NCBI GenBank assembly: GCA_963719505.1
Contig: CAVRCF010000001.1
Location: 32,001 to 96,000, forward strand
DNA: 64,000 nucleotides
Reading direction: 5' to 3'
Origin: Halobacteriovoraceae bacterium
GTDB taxonomy: Bacteria > Bdellovibrionota > Bacteriovoracia > Bacteriovoracales > Bacteriovoracaceae
Part shown: one piece after another, positions 48,285 through 59,174 of the stretch
How the letters are laid out: each line of letters begins with the position of its first letter
How positions within the stretch are numbered: position 1 is the first letter of the stretch
Notes under the pieces: model-generated
The model's input: only the letters and a program-made list of their open reading frames with translations
Told to the model about the DNA's origin: nothing
The model's database searches: none
Program-made: the position numbers and the translations under genes

Positions 48285-49109
48285 TTACCCTAGAAGTTTT
48301 AATAATCCTGCACCCATATTGTTGACTTGTGATTGAACCATCGTTTGAGAATTTGATAAGAGTTTATTTTTTAAATTCTCTGAAGTCACCTGAGCAACGT
48401 CGGCATCTTTTATTTTACTGTGGGTAGATTTACCATTCAAAGAGCTTGTCTCCAAATTACTACTAGTACTTTCCATTCGACTCATCAAAGCGCCGGCTTT
48501 TGCACGACTTTTTGAAATCTCCCGTGAAGCATAATCCAACTTAACCAAAGAAAGACGAGCTTGATGCTTATCGGCCAAGGTGACATCACCAATTCCAAGG
48601 GCCATTGGATCTTGAGAAAATTCTGCAAGGTCAATGGACAGACGACTGTTCTTTCCATTTTCTGTGTCGACTTGAATATCTAATTTTTTATCATCTCCTC
48701 TTAACAGATGATTGTCTTGATACTTAGTACTGACGGCGCTTCTTTTTAGTTCGTTGATCAGTTGATTTGCTTCAATATCAATCAATGACCTTTCTGTATC
48801 TGAGTAGGTATCAGATGCTGACTGAATAGCCAGCTCCCTTACTCTTGTCACGATTGAACTCATCTCGCTTAGGGCACCGTCCATAACTTGAACAATACTT
48901 ACCGCTTGATTTACATTTCTATTGGCTTGATCTTTACTTCTGTTTTGGGAATTTAGTTTGGAGGCAATACTCAACCCTGCGGCATCATCGCCAGCTTGAG
49001 TGATCCTATTACCACTCGCGAGTTTTCTAGAACCTGATTCTATCTCTCTTTGAGTGAGCTTACTTTGACGTAAACTATGAATGCTCATTTTCGCATTAGT
49101 TAACTTTAT
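48285..49109 (-). CDS. fliC: Flagellin
   Basis: LASGNRI.QAGDDAAGLSIA; RVRELAIQSA; IKDADVA; first ATG 49088, RBS favours ATA 49109. Confidence 0.9.
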   Translation of the reverse strand: MKLTNAKMSIHSLRQSKLTQREIESGSRKLASGNRITQAGDDAAGLSIASKLNSQNRSKDQANRNVNQAVSIVQVMDGALSEMSSIVTRVRELAIQSASDTYSDTERSLIDIEANQLINELKRSAVSTKYQDNHLLRGDDKKLDIQVDTENGKNSRLSIDLAEFSQDPMALGIGDVTLADKHQARLSLVKLDYASREISKSRAKAGALMSRMESTSSNLETSSLNGKSTHSKIKDADVAQVTSENLKNKLLSNSQTMVQSQVNNMGAGLLKLLG

Positions 49110-49316
49110 TCGTTCTCCTTATTATCGAATGAGGGTATGGCCTCATCTACTTAACGGACCATATTGCTTAAATACTAAATTAGTCAGGAAAAAAAATTTC
49201 CGAATCGATCCAACACCCTGGAATTTAATAGAAATATTGGCTCTAACAAGAAATTATTGAGGGGAAAATAAGGCTTTATGCCAAAAATTAAGTGAAAATT
49301 CATATAGTATTAAGGG

Positions 49317-50042
49317 GTGAAACTCTCTTTGATAGCTCTTTTCCTCTTTTCACTTTCTAGCCTGGCAGCAGTGACCCCACCTCGCTGGAGGTTTCAGTAC
49401 GACTATGGAAAAGTTAAAACAGAGTACTTTGAAGAACAGTTATCGATCATATTTGATAAAAAAGAAATTATTCAAACTGCAGACTTTCATCAATTTATTT
49501 ATCAATACTACCTTGCCCCACCATGGCTAGATTTTTCTATTGGCGCCAACATCACGGGAACAAATGTTGATGACCCCTCGGATGAAGATCTTCAATTTAA
49601 ATATATAAGTGGCTACGCTAATTTAGGAGTTTTGATTCCCATTTCATATTACTGGAATATAAAATTAGTAACTGAGACTTTTTACACAACAATGGAAGTT
49701 AAGGACGATAAATTTGGATTCCGAAACCTAAGGGGAACCCAGATTTATCCTGAGATTGAATGGCTCCCCTTTGGTACTGATATGTTTTTTCAGGTTTCTC
49801 CTTATTTTAAGTTTCCTCTTTGGAGTGATACCGGCAATAGAGAAGAGACCACGGTGGGACTTAAGTTTTCAATCCCTTTAACATCTCCAGGATCGATGCG
49901 ATTTCCGACATTTGCCTATAACACTTCCCTCGTTGTGCGCCTTTTTTATACCAATATGAAGCTCGATTTTGAGGAGTCTGGCTTTATCTCCTCAGAGTTT
50001 AAAATTAAGCAGTATGGTCTGACTGTTGGACTTAATTTCTAA
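49317..50042 (+). CDS. Putative outer-membrane beta-barrel protein
   Basis: Signal peptide; C-terminal YGLTVGLNF. Confidence 0.65.
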   Translation: MKLSLIALFLFSLSSLAAVTPPRWRFQYDYGKVKTEYFEEQLSIIFDKKEIIQTADFHQFIYQYYLAPPWLDFSIGANITGTNVDDPSDEDLQFKYISGYANLGVLIPISYYWNIKLVTETFYTTMEVKDDKFGFRNLRGTQIYPEIEWLPFGTDMFFQVSPYFKFPLWSDTGNREETTVGLKFSIPLTSPGSMRFPTFAYNTSLVVRLFYTNMKLDFEESGFISSEFKIKQYGLTVGLNF

Positions 50043-50145
50043 ATGACCAATTCTTTTGGCAGAATTCTTAATTTTCCCTAAACCCATTTACCTAAGCTAT
50101 TGAAATCTCATCTAAAGAAAACTTAATATATACTTAAGAGAACCT

Positions 50146-50172
50146 TAAGAAGGAGTGAGCTTATACCGATAA
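50146..50172 (+). promoter_or_regulatory. Sigma28 (FliA)-like promoter
   Basis: TAAG-N15-ACCGATAA upstream of 50183. Confidence 0.55.
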
Positions 50173-50182
50173 GTAGCTATAG

Positions 50183-52672
50183 ATGATGAAAGTATTTTTA
50201 ATAGTCATATTCTTAATTAGTTTCACCTCTTGCGATAATCAAGGCAGTTTTGAACCGAATAATTTGATTTCTGTTGAAGATGATACCGCTGCTGAGGAAG
50301 AACTCTCTAATCTCACAGGGCCTCCTGCTATCGAGTCGATAACAGTTAGTGCAGATGGGATTTATGACGTTGGCCAGGCCATCGTTTTCAATACCAAGTT
50401 TCAAAAAAGAACAAAGATTATTGGAGCCCAAACTCCTAGACTTACCCTTAACGTCGGTGGCGTTACCAGATATGCTAATTATGTTTCAGGTTCTGAGTCT
50501 CGTGATTTTGTTTTTGTTTTTCAATATATTGTTCAAGCAGGTGATTTAGATCACGATGGCATTGAACTAAATGAACAGGTTGATCTCAATGGATCAGTTG
50601 TCCAAGATTATTCAGCCCAAGATCTCAATGTCGCTTTTACCTCGCCTTCACTTACTGAAAAGAGAGTTGATACCGCAAATTTATCTTTTACCTTTCAAGA
50701 AGGCTCACTAACAACGAGTGCGTCTGTAAATCTCGATATCAGCTCTGCTCTATTTCCTGAACTCTACATTGGTCAATCGTGTCTAGGTTTAGGATCCGAT
50801 ATCACTTACGCAACCCCACTGAGTTTCACACTGCCCCTGCTTAATCAAACGAACACAATCTTTGTTGCTGCTAGTAATGGTCTTGGTGGATATTCAAGTT
50901 GTCATAGTGTTGCTATTGATCACGATAATCTTTCACCCAATAATATTGTTGGCATCTCAAATAGTGGGAACTCTTCTGATATTGTATCAGACCGAGCTTC
51001 CTGGAGTGCTTCAACAGACCGAGGTCCCGCTGGATTGAGCTCTTATTCTATTGCCGTTTCAACTTCCACTAACGAAGCTGGAATTGTGCCCGGTGGAGAA
51101 TGGAAAAACGTTGCAACTAATACTTTTGGTTTTATTGATAACGGTGCCAACTCCTTTTTAAACGGTGGAGTTAACTATTACACTCTTGTTAAGGCCATCG
51201 ATAGAGCGGGAAATGAAACAGGAATCTTTGCTTCTCCTGCTTGGCAAGTCGCAGCTCTGTCTCCAGAACAAATTGTCTCAATGTCAGTGACTGATTCAAG
51301 CGACAACTCTCTCAGCGTTGGTTGGCCATATCCCGATGATAAAGGCTTTCCTATTACGGATTATGTTATTGAATACAAATTAGCTTCGTCACCAACTTGG
51401 ATTACGATTAACGATGGTGTTAGTACAAGAAGAAGATACACACTCGAAGGTCTTAGTGCAGAGACCAACTATAATTTTAGAGTAAGAGCATTTAATGGAA
51501 CAAACTTTGGTGCATGGTCACCTGTTTTAACGGCTGAGACTCTTCCGACGATAGAGTTTGTGACAACACCTTACGTCGCTATAAATGTTGGTGGGGCAAC
51601 GGCCAATCAACTCGTTTCTTTTGAAGATGATAATGAAATTTTTTACGGTGATAACTCTGCCTCTTCCTTTAATGATGGATCGACAATAAGTAACGACTTA
51701 GACAAAGGAAAAACGATTCCTGTTCCAGCCAATGAGTTTACCATTGTTAGAGGAACTAAACCCTTTTTTATTGCGGGAAGAATTGGAAGTGGAAGTGATG
51801 CTAGAAAAGGAAATGTTGTTTGGCAAACATCGGCTTGGATTGGAAAGGAATTTCTTTTTAGTCATAACCGAAGTAACCCAATGAAGGTAAAGATCTATGC
51901 CTTTTCAAATTCAGATATAACGGTCACAAAAAATGGTGCACCTGTTGCTTCTGGTTCAGTCTCTTTACCCCAAGACTCAGGACATACTTTTACGATTTCA
52001 AGTTACGGAAGTTATGAGATTACGAGTACAGGTTTTATTGTCGTCTATGGATATGCAAACGGTTCAGGAAGTGAGTACACCGATCCCAAGCCTTTTCTTC
52101 CATCGAGTAACGACCTTGTTGGTGTTCCCTCAAGAGATGCCAAAATTTCTTCTAGAACTTCTGGAAATAATTTTACCGCTTATCATTCTGGAAATACAAC
52201 AAATACGGGAACAATTACTGCTGGAGCTACAACCACTTTGAGTTCTAGAGGAACCAGAGGACTCTACCAAGATCAGGCGGTAAGAATTAGATCGAACTCT
52301 CCAATCGTTGCAAACTCTTACGCGGATGCGAATGGAAACTGCTCCTCCCCCCTAGTGCCTGTTGCCTTTCAAAAAAGAAGGTTTGCTCTCAATGTTGCAT
52401 CCGAATGGGTGGCTTTTGCCTCTACTAATGAATTAACGATCACTGCTACTGAGCCGACAGCTGATGGGCTGGGTTTTGAAGCTCCAAGGACCTACACTTT
52501 AAGTCGTGTCGGTGGTAATAATAACACGCCAACAAAAGGCTATGAAACGGCAAGAAACTTTAGAGCCGGAACGATTTTTGAAGGGAGTGCTCCTTTTCAA
52601 ATGTGGTATGAGCCGCTCAATGACACGAATGCCTCAGATAACGATGAAACCGTGATGTTTGGCTGGGACTAA
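50183..52672 (+). CDS. Large FN3/Ig-like surface lipoprotein
   Basis: FTSC lipobox; FN3 (W..P...G.PITDY.IEY...L...T.YNFRVRA.N..G.WS); beta-rich. Confidence 0.8.
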   Translation: MMKVFLIVIFLISFTSCDNQGSFEPNNLISVEDDTAAEEELSNLTGPPAIESITVSADGIYDVGQAIVFNTKFQKRTKIIGAQTPRLTLNVGGVTRYANYVSGSESRDFVFVFQYIVQAGDLDHDGIELNEQVDLNGSVVQDYSAQDLNVAFTSPSLTEKRVDTANLSFTFQEGSLTTSASVNLDISSALFPELYIGQSCLGLGSDITYATPLSFTLPLLNQTNTIFVAASNGLGGYSSCHSVAIDHDNLSPNNIVGISNSGNSSDIVSDRASWSASTDRGPAGLSSYSIAVSTSTNEAGIVPGGEWKNVATNTFGFIDNGANSFLNGGVNYYTLVKAIDRAGNETGIFASPAWQVAALSPEQIVSMSVTDSSDNSLSVGWPYPDDKGFPITDYVIEYKLASSPTWITINDGVSTRRRYTLEGLSAETNYNFRVRAFNGTNFGAWSPVLTAETLPTIEFVTTPYVAINVGGATANQLVSFEDDNEIFYGDNSASSFNDGSTISNDLDKGKTIPVPANEFTIVRGTKPFFIAGRIGSGSDARKGNVVWQTSAWIGKEFLFSHNRSNPMKVKIYAFSNSDITVTKNGAPVASGSVSLPQDSGHTFTISSYGSYEITSTGFIVVYGYANGSGSEYTDPKPFLPSSNDLVGVPSRDAKISSRTSGNNFTAYHSGNTTNTGTITAGATTTLSSRGTRGLYQDQAVRIRSNSPIVANSYADANGNCSSPLVPVAFQKRRFALNVASEWVAFASTNELTITATEPTADGLGFEAPRTYTLSRVGGNNNTPTKGYETARNFRAGTIFEGSAPFQMWYEPLNDTNASDNDETVMFGWD

Positions 52673-52707
52673 TTGCCAACGGGCTTTTTCCCTGGTAAAA
52701 GACTTAA

Positions 52708-53577
52708 ATGAAAGCTTTCTACATTTTCTTTATTCTCTTAACTGTAAACCTTTACGCCTCAAATGAATTTGTCGTTTTAATTCCTGGTGCTGCTTCAAGT
52801 GGAGAAGATATCTCCATCAGAGGTTTAACGCCAGTTTTTGGGAAAATCGATGAAGGAAAGTATTTTAAACACTTTGAGTCAGAGTTAATAGAGGAAGGTT
52901 TTAAGGTGTTAACATGTCCTAAGTTTAAAGATAAAGACAAAAGAGATATTACTGATAGAGCGAAAGACTGTTCAGCCTTTTTACTTTCAAAGGTCCTCTT
53001 AAATCCAAGAGTAAAATTTCATTTAGTAGGTCACAGTATGGGCGGACTCGTGGCCAGAAAAGTTCTCGACTACCGACTTACAGCTCGATTTATAAAGTCC
53101 GTGACGACCATCTCTACTCCTCATAAGGGAGCGATGTTTGCCAACTATGTTTATAAACACAATAAAAGTTTTGATCCAGTTGCAAAGTTTATTGCCCTCA
53201 TACAATTTAGACCTGAAGATCGCGCTTATCTAAAAGACTTAAAAATAGAAAATGGAGTTAATGTCTTTACTCAAAATCTTAAAAATCCAAAAAAGGTAAA
53301 GATTTATTCAATCTCAAATTATAGAACGAACTGGTATAATGCCCCTTTAGTTCTTAGCTCTAAAGTCTTGAGTAAAGAAGCCAAGCTCTACAAAGGTCGC
53401 TCATTAAAAAATGATGGCATCATCGAGACATCCTCTATGGTTTATGGGGAACATATAGCCCAGATTCAAGCCGATCACTTGGAAAGCGCTTGTATAATGG
53501 CCACAAGATTCTCTCGAGGCTGCAAACAATCCCTCTCAGTTGTTATTGAACACCTAAACTCTCTTATCTCTTTGTAA
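52708..53577 (+). CDS. Secreted alpha/beta-hydrolase (lipase-like)
   Basis: GHSMGG, TPHKG, NDG, DH. Confidence 0.88.
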   Translation: MKAFYIFFILLTVNLYASNEFVVLIPGAASSGEDISIRGLTPVFGKIDEGKYFKHFESELIEEGFKVLTCPKFKDKDKRDITDRAKDCSAFLLSKVLLNPRVKFHLVGHSMGGLVARKVLDYRLTARFIKSVTTISTPHKGAMFANYVYKHNKSFDPVAKFIALIQFRPEDRAYLKDLKIENGVNVFTQNLKNPKKVKIYSISNYRTNWYNAPLVLSSKVLSKEAKLYKGRSLKNDGIIETSSMVYGEHIAQIQADHLESACIMATRFSRGCKQSLSVVIEHLNSLISL

Positions 53578-53659
53578 ATTTTATCAATTTCCATTCTGCT
53601 ATTTACTGATGCAATATCCTATTCTAGGTTGAGGCAACTAATCTTTAAGGAGACCTTTT

Positions 53660-54100
53660 ATGAAAAACATCATTATGACGGCTATCTTAGCAGTTTCATT
53701 CTCTGCACATGCCTCTTTTTACCAAAAGTATTGCTCAAATGCAGAAGGAACGATCAAGCTTAGCAATGGCCATATGGACAATGCCGTTATTTTAACGGAA
53801 AGAGCTTATGGAAACGCTGGAGTAAACACTCAGGAAATCGAATACAAGCTTGGATCATTAATAATTGATAGATCGGATGAAACTGAAATCGAAAATACAA
53901 CTCGAACAACTTGTCAGCCTGGATCAACTGGCGGCATGGTTTCATGGAATAAAATTACTACGAATAAAGTTGTGATTAAAAATGCTGACGGTTCAATGTT
54001 TCCTGATACGACTATTGGTATTGATGGAACAAGAATGGCAGTTAAAGCAACAGTTATCTGTGAATTTAGCGGAAACTCTAGAACATCTTGCTCAAACTAA
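53660..54100 (+). CDS. Secreted hypothetical protein
   Basis: Signal peptide AHA; AGGAG RBS. Confidence 0.7.
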   Translation: MKNIIMTAILAVSFSAHASFYQKYCSNAEGTIKLSNGHMDNAVILTERAYGNAGVNTQEIEYKLGSLIIDRSDETEIENTTRTTCQPGSTGGMVSWNKITTNKVVIKNADGSMFPDTTIGIDGTRMAVKATVICEFSGNSRTSCSN

Positions 54101-54111
54101 TTTAAATAAAC

Positions 54112-54495
54112 TTAAGCCCTCAATTCATTGGGGGCTTTTCTTTTTGTATATCTATAAGCCCAATAAACAACCACCAATTGCAACGGAAGTCTGATGGCCA
54201 AAAATAACGGTGGAATATCAGGAAAACTTTCTGGATTATTGTACATATGCAGATTTGCCGGAAAAATGGCGATAAGAAGACAAATAATCCCCCAAGCTGC
54301 TAATTTTTGAGTCTTAGGAATTAATAAAAGAACGCCAAGAATGATTTCAATAACACCGCTGACATAGACAAGCCCTAGATGCATTGGTAAATAGTCTGGC
54401 ATCATTTTTACATAGAGATCTGGATTTCTAAAATGATTCGCACCGCCCAGAACAAAAGCCAGTGAAAACAGTACCTTAGCAAAAGCTCTAATCAT
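54112..54495 (-). CDS. DoxX-like membrane protein
   Basis: G.NHF..P..Y..MMP...SGV.EI..G...FPAN..M...RLPLQ. Confidence 0.85.
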   Translation of the reverse strand: MIRAFAKVLFSLAFVLGGANHFRNPDLYVKMMPDYLPMHLGLVYVSGVIEIILGVLLLIPKTQKLAAWGIICLLIAIFPANLHMYNNPESFPDIPPLFLAIRLPLQLVVVYWAYRYTKRKAPNELRA

Positions 54496-54632
54496 AATAA
54501 ACTCTCTTCGTTATTCTCAGTTATTTTGTGTAGTTTCCTATAGATTGTCTCTAAATTACAATCAAGATTTTCAATTTAAAATGTATTAAAACATAAAGTA
54601 CATTGATTTAACAATGACCTTAAGGAGGCACT

Positions 54633-55019
54633 ATGAATTTAGAAGTACTAGTATCAGACATGATGACAATGAATACAGTAGCGAGACTTTGGCACTGGAC
54701 AACTGATACAGCTCAACACCATGTCACTTATGAAGCCTTTCTCAATCAAAATGAAGAACATACAGATAGCTTTGTAGAGTCTGCTCTTGGTAACGATCTA
54801 AAAATAGATTTTAGCAAAGTTGGCGTAACGGATGCCAAGATTGAAAAATATGACCTCGATCACGTTAAAGAGAGTTTCAAAAGTTTCAGAAGTAGAGTTT
54901 TTGAAGCAAAAAAATCATTACAAAATAATGAGTCAAGTGCGAATGAGGAATTGATTACAATCCTTGATGACGTAACTGACTTAACAAGTAAAACTCTTTA
55001 CCTACTTAAATTAAAATAA
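54633..55019 (+). CDS. Ferritin/Dps-like protein
   Basis: WHW.T....HH, D.FVE, K.LYLL. Confidence 0.65.
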   Translation: MNLEVLVSDMMTMNTVARLWHWTTDTAQHHVTYEAFLNQNEEHTDSFVESALGNDLKIDFSKVGVTDAKIEKYDLDHVKESFKSFRSRVFEAKKSLQNNESSANEELITILDDVTDLTSKTLYLLKLK

Positions 55020-55129
55020 TATCCCAATAGAAAATCAACTTCTGGTGAGAAGAGCCTTTCGCTCTTTTCACCAGCACTCTCCCATGACTTTAACTTCAAA
55101 TTCACCTATACTTCTTTAAAGAGGTAAAA

Positions 55130-56185
55130 ATGATCGTAGAAAAAAAGTCTCAAAAAGCCGGTATGATTCCTGGAAGTGCCGTTTATGTTGGAGCAAAAAA
55201 GCCCGACCATAGTGTAGGTATTCAGCTCATTGAATACAGTGCCACTGATAGTAAAGAAGAAAGTTCAAATGATATTAACCAACTTTTAAAGTCATTAACA
55301 AATGATGATATCTCTTGGATCAATCTCGACGGAGTTCATGATGTGGAGATGATCAAAACTCTTGGAAAGCATTTTAATATTCACCCATTAACCATCGAAG
55401 ATATTCTCAACACCACTCAACGTCCAAAAGTTGAAGTCGCAGACAACTACACCTATGTTACTTTAAAGATGATCATCTATGATCACGATAAAGAAACTTT
55501 TATAAAAGAACAGTTAAGCTTGATTCTTTTAAAAAATATCGTCATTACAATTCAAGAACTTCCCGGGGATATTTTTGACAGTATAAGAGCAAGAATTCTT
55601 CAAGATAAAGGCAAGATTAGAAAGATGGGGGCGGACTACCTTTTGTATGCCATCCTTGATTGCACTATTGATGGATACTTTGAGGTGATAGAGAGTCTCG
55701 ACATGGAACTTGAGGACTTAGAAGAGAAGATTGAAATAAGTGAAAACGTGGTTCAAAACATTCACTGGTTAAAGAAAGAGCTTCTCTATATTAGAAGAGT
55801 CGTCTCTCCAGTAAGGGATATCATCTCAAACCTTATGCGTGAAGAATCTGACCTCATCACCGATCAAACTTATATTTATTTGAGAGACACTTACGACCAC
55901 TGCACACAAGTGTATGAATCGGTGGAAATCATTCGCGATATTGTCTCTGGCTTGATTGAGATTCACCTCTCTATTATTAGTAATCGTATGAATGAAATTA
56001 TGAAGTACCTAACCATCTTTGCTTCAATCTTTATTCCTCTCACATTTGTGACGGGTATTTACGGAATGAATTTTGAAAATATGCCTGAATTAAAATGGGA
56101 ATATGGATACTTTTTCACTCTCTTTTTTCTTCTGGCTTTTGGTGTTTCTCTTTTTGTTATCTTTAAAAGAAAAAAGTGGCTGTAA
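55130..56185 (+). CDS. corA: Magnesium/cobalt transporter CorA
   Basis: HPL..EDI....QRPK; GIYGMNF..MPEL.W. Confidence 0.95.
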   Translation: MIVEKKSQKAGMIPGSAVYVGAKKPDHSVGIQLIEYSATDSKEESSNDINQLLKSLTNDDISWINLDGVHDVEMIKTLGKHFNIHPLTIEDILNTTQRPKVEVADNYTYVTLKMIIYDHDKETFIKEQLSLILLKNIVITIQELPGDIFDSIRARILQDKGKIRKMGADYLLYAILDCTIDGYFEVIESLDMELEDLEEKIEISENVVQNIHWLKKELLYIRRVVSPVRDIISNLMREESDLITDQTYIYLRDTYDHCTQVYESVEIIRDIVSGLIEIHLSIISNRMNEIMKYLTIFASIFIPLTFVTGIYGMNFENMPELKWEYGYFFTLFFLLAFGVSLFVIFKRKKWL

Positions 56186-56189
56186 AAGA

Positions 56190-57303
56190 TTAAAGCATTT
56201 CAGTCGCCTCAATAAGAAGCGCTTGCTCTAGGGATTTTCTAAGTCCATGGGCCGAAAAATACTTTAAACTCAATGCCATCTCTTCAATCTTTTCAGGTTG
56301 ATTCCCAAGAGCGATTAGGGCCTCTTGAGCCGCCGTATCTGCAATTTTAACAATCTCATTGATGCGAGCTGTACTTATCTTCGATCCTCTCATCAGTTCA
56401 AAAAGCTCACTTTGAATTTTTTGAAGTTCTAAGGCTTCTTGATATATTTCTTTTTGGTAAGAGTTAGAGATGTGTTTTTCAAAAAATTCAGAGAAGCTGC
56501 CGCATCTGTAAGCCAGGGAAAAATATCCACGACATCGAGCGTTTCGTCATGTTTTGCCGTTCATTATTTCCTTCTCTAAGGCTTGGAATAAGACTTTGAT
56601 TCTCTTGGCATTCACTATCTCGAGATCTTCCATAGACCTCATTCAAGGGATTGAATTGGAAACGACTTAGTTTATTTGGAGACTCTTTTCCAAATGAGAT
56701 ATTCTCACTGACATAGGTTTCGGAGTGAAGAAAGTTATGGTATCCGGAATATCCACTTGAAACCGGTGACTCGAGTTTTCTTTCTGGATATAAAACATCA
56801 AAGAATGCATCACCTTTTGAATACTCATCGCGCTCAAAAATATATTCTGGTCCATAGATATTGAGAATATCACCGGCCATCTTTTCTTCTCCAACTTCAA
56901 GCTTTCGACATATGGGGCTCTCTTGCCAATAGATCATCTCTTTGGTCCACACAAACCTAGGTTTCGCAGAGAGCTTTTTGAGACTCATCGCCGTTCCCCA
57001 ACAATTGGCGCCATCTTTAGTAAGACGCTTGTTTTGATTTTCTTTCATAAAAGGAGTTAAACAATTTGAAATGATAACTCGCTGAGATCCATCCCTATTC
57101 GAGCGACATTCATTTCTACCGATATGTGGAATCTTAAATTCGGGCTCAATTGACTTTCGAAGCTCACAGACTTTCTGGTATTCATTTAAAAGAGTTTCAC
57201 AGCTGTTGGCTGTAAGAATCAAGCTATTGCTATTGGTGTAGCTAATGGACACGCTTGAGGCGAAAACGGGGAGTGAGGCTAAAAAAATGATTATCTTTTT
57301 CAT
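56190..57303 (-). pseudogene. Secreted hypothetical gene split by a frameshift near 56547
   Basis: The frame of ORF 56190-56393 is open back to ~56546 (RNARCRGYFSLAYRC...) and overlaps the tail of ORF 56488-57303. Confidence 0.65.
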
Positions 57304-57363
57304 TCTTTATTTTAGAATCTATGTGTATTTGATTCAAATCAAATTGAAAAATTGAGCCCAGTG

Positions 57364-58672
57364 TATAAAGATTCGACAATTATGTCCTATCCTTATTTCC
57401 CAGCGAAAATGTCCTACTTAACGCATTAATATTACAATACTCAGGTAATCAAACCTGAGGTGTTAAATGGGAAAAATAAGCATGGATGCTAAACAAATGA
57501 AGCTTTATAGACTCGCCTGTGAAGTCTTAGCCGGAAAAATTTCTATTAAAGAATTTTCCATCATATCTAAAAAGTCGTATCGCCAGTCTCAACGTATTAT
57601 TAAGAATGTTGAGACTCATGACTTCATAGGAGTCATACATAAAAATTCTGGTGTTGCTCCAGTAAATAAAACTTCTGAAAGACTAGAAGCTTTGATCGTA
57701 GATCTTCTAACTTATAAGTATGTTGGATTTAATCTCACTCACTTTAACGAAATGTTAATTAAAAATGAAAACATTAAAATTTCAAAGTCTTCACTTCATC
57801 GAATTGCAACTAAACACAATCTTGTAAAAGCTCCAAGAAGAGCGAAGAGAAGATCTTTCAAGCCTAGAGCCAGAGTCCCTCAAGAAGGTATGCTCGTGCA
57901 GTTCGATGGAAGCCATCACCCTTGGTTTGGTAATCACAAATCGGACTTAATTGCAGCAATCGACGATGCAACCGGAAAGATTTTAGCAGCAGAGTTTTTT
58001 TATGGAGAGAAGTCGATGCATTCGATGAAAGTTATCAAGGAAGTAATTGATAAAAATGGAATTCCAGAAGCCTTCTACATGGATCAAGCAGGGATTTATG
58101 GAAAGGTAGATCGAGACTGGGAATCTCAGATCTCAAGAGCCTTTGATCAGGTTAATATTAACTTAATTCTTGCAAGCTCTCCACAAGCTAAAGGACGAGT
58201 AGAGCGTCTCTTTAGGACTCTACAAGATCGACTGGTAGCGGAGCTTTCGTTTTATAAAATAGAAACTTTGGAAGAGGCAAATGACTATTTGAGAACAACT
58301 TTTATAGAAGCTTTTAATAAGCAGTTCTCGGTAGAGTCGCAAAGCTTCGATACAGCTTACAGGAAAAATGTTTTTGGAAATTTAGACAGAGTTTTTTGTA
58401 AAAAAGAGAGAAGAAAAATTGGAGTTGGAAACGTATTTTCTTTCAAAGCAATTACTTGGTTGATAGACGAAAAGTTTTGCTATCGAGGTCGCGAAGTGAA
58501 TATAAATACCCATCTTGATGGCAGTCAGAGCTTTGATATTATGGGTAAAGAAATATATCCAATAGTGTTCAACACAAAGAGGATTTATGACTATAAAAAG
58601 CGAGCAATATGACACACAAGGTAGGACATAATCGCTGGGATATTAACCGGACATAGTCGCTGGGATTCAACA
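57364..58672 (+). mobile_element. IS1202-like (ISNCY) insertion sequence
   Basis: Flanking direct repeat AAAAATTGAGCCCAGTGT (57347-57364, 58672-58689); subterminal repeats TCCCAGCGANNATGTCC at both ends. Confidence 0.85.
57467..58612 (+). CDS. ISNCY/IS1202-type DDE transposase
   Basis: QFDGS.H.W, IDDAT, FYMD, SPQAKGRVERLF.TLQDRL. Confidence 0.92.
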   Translation: MGKISMDAKQMKLYRLACEVLAGKISIKEFSIISKKSYRQSQRIIKNVETHDFIGVIHKNSGVAPVNKTSERLEALIVDLLTYKYVGFNLTHFNEMLIKNENIKISKSSLHRIATKHNLVKAPRRAKRRSFKPRARVPQEGMLVQFDGSHHPWFGNHKSDLIAAIDDATGKILAAEFFYGEKSMHSMKVIKEVIDKNGIPEAFYMDQAGIYGKVDRDWESQISRAFDQVNINLILASSPQAKGRVERLFRTLQDRLVAELSFYKIETLEEANDYLRTTFIEAFNKQFSVESQSFDTAYRKNVFGNLDRVFCKKERRKIGVGNVFSFKAITWLIDEKFCYRGREVNINTHLDGSQSFDIMGKEIYPIVFNTKRIYDYKKRAI

Positions 58673-58705
58673 AAAATTGAGCCCAGTGTTTAAACTTTTG
58701 ACAGC

Positions 58706-59164
58706 TTAATGGGAGGGATAGAGTGTCTTAACTATAAGGAAGTACGTCTCTTTTTCTTTCCAAAGCTTTACGTAAAAACTGCCGTTGTCCACATCGATGG
58801 CCGTCTCTAGATCCTCAAGCTGTTGTTCAGTCTTAAATTCATAAAGACTGATCACTCTTTTTTGTTCATCCCTATATTTGATTTGTGCTCCAATAGTCTC
58901 TCCGCTATTGAAATATTTCGCCCCAATCATACGGGCACCCTCTAATTGTTTGATTTGGGTTTTCTTGATTTTAAAATTAAGACCAGTCATGGCTTTTGCG
59001 AGTTGTTCAAAGTTTGTTTTGTTTTCATCAACAACAATCTCATCCACATGAGACTTTAGTATTTCTTTAATCAGTTTTTCAGAGTTTGTATCCGACACAA
59101 AATGGATCACTAAAGACACCGTCATGATTAAGCCTATAATGATAATAAAGTTTTTATTTTTCAC
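58706..59164 (-). CDS. Membrane-anchored hypothetical protein
   Basis: N-terminal TM. Confidence 0.6.
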   Translation of the reverse strand: MKNKNFIIIIGLIMTVSLVIHFVSDTNSEKLIKEILKSHVDEIVVDENKTNFEQLAKAMTGLNFKIKKTQIKQLEGARMIGAKYFNSGETIGAQIKYRDEQKRVISLYEFKTEQQLEDLETAIDVDNGSFYVKLWKEKETYFLIVKTLYPSH

Positions 59165-59174
59165 GCTTATCCCT

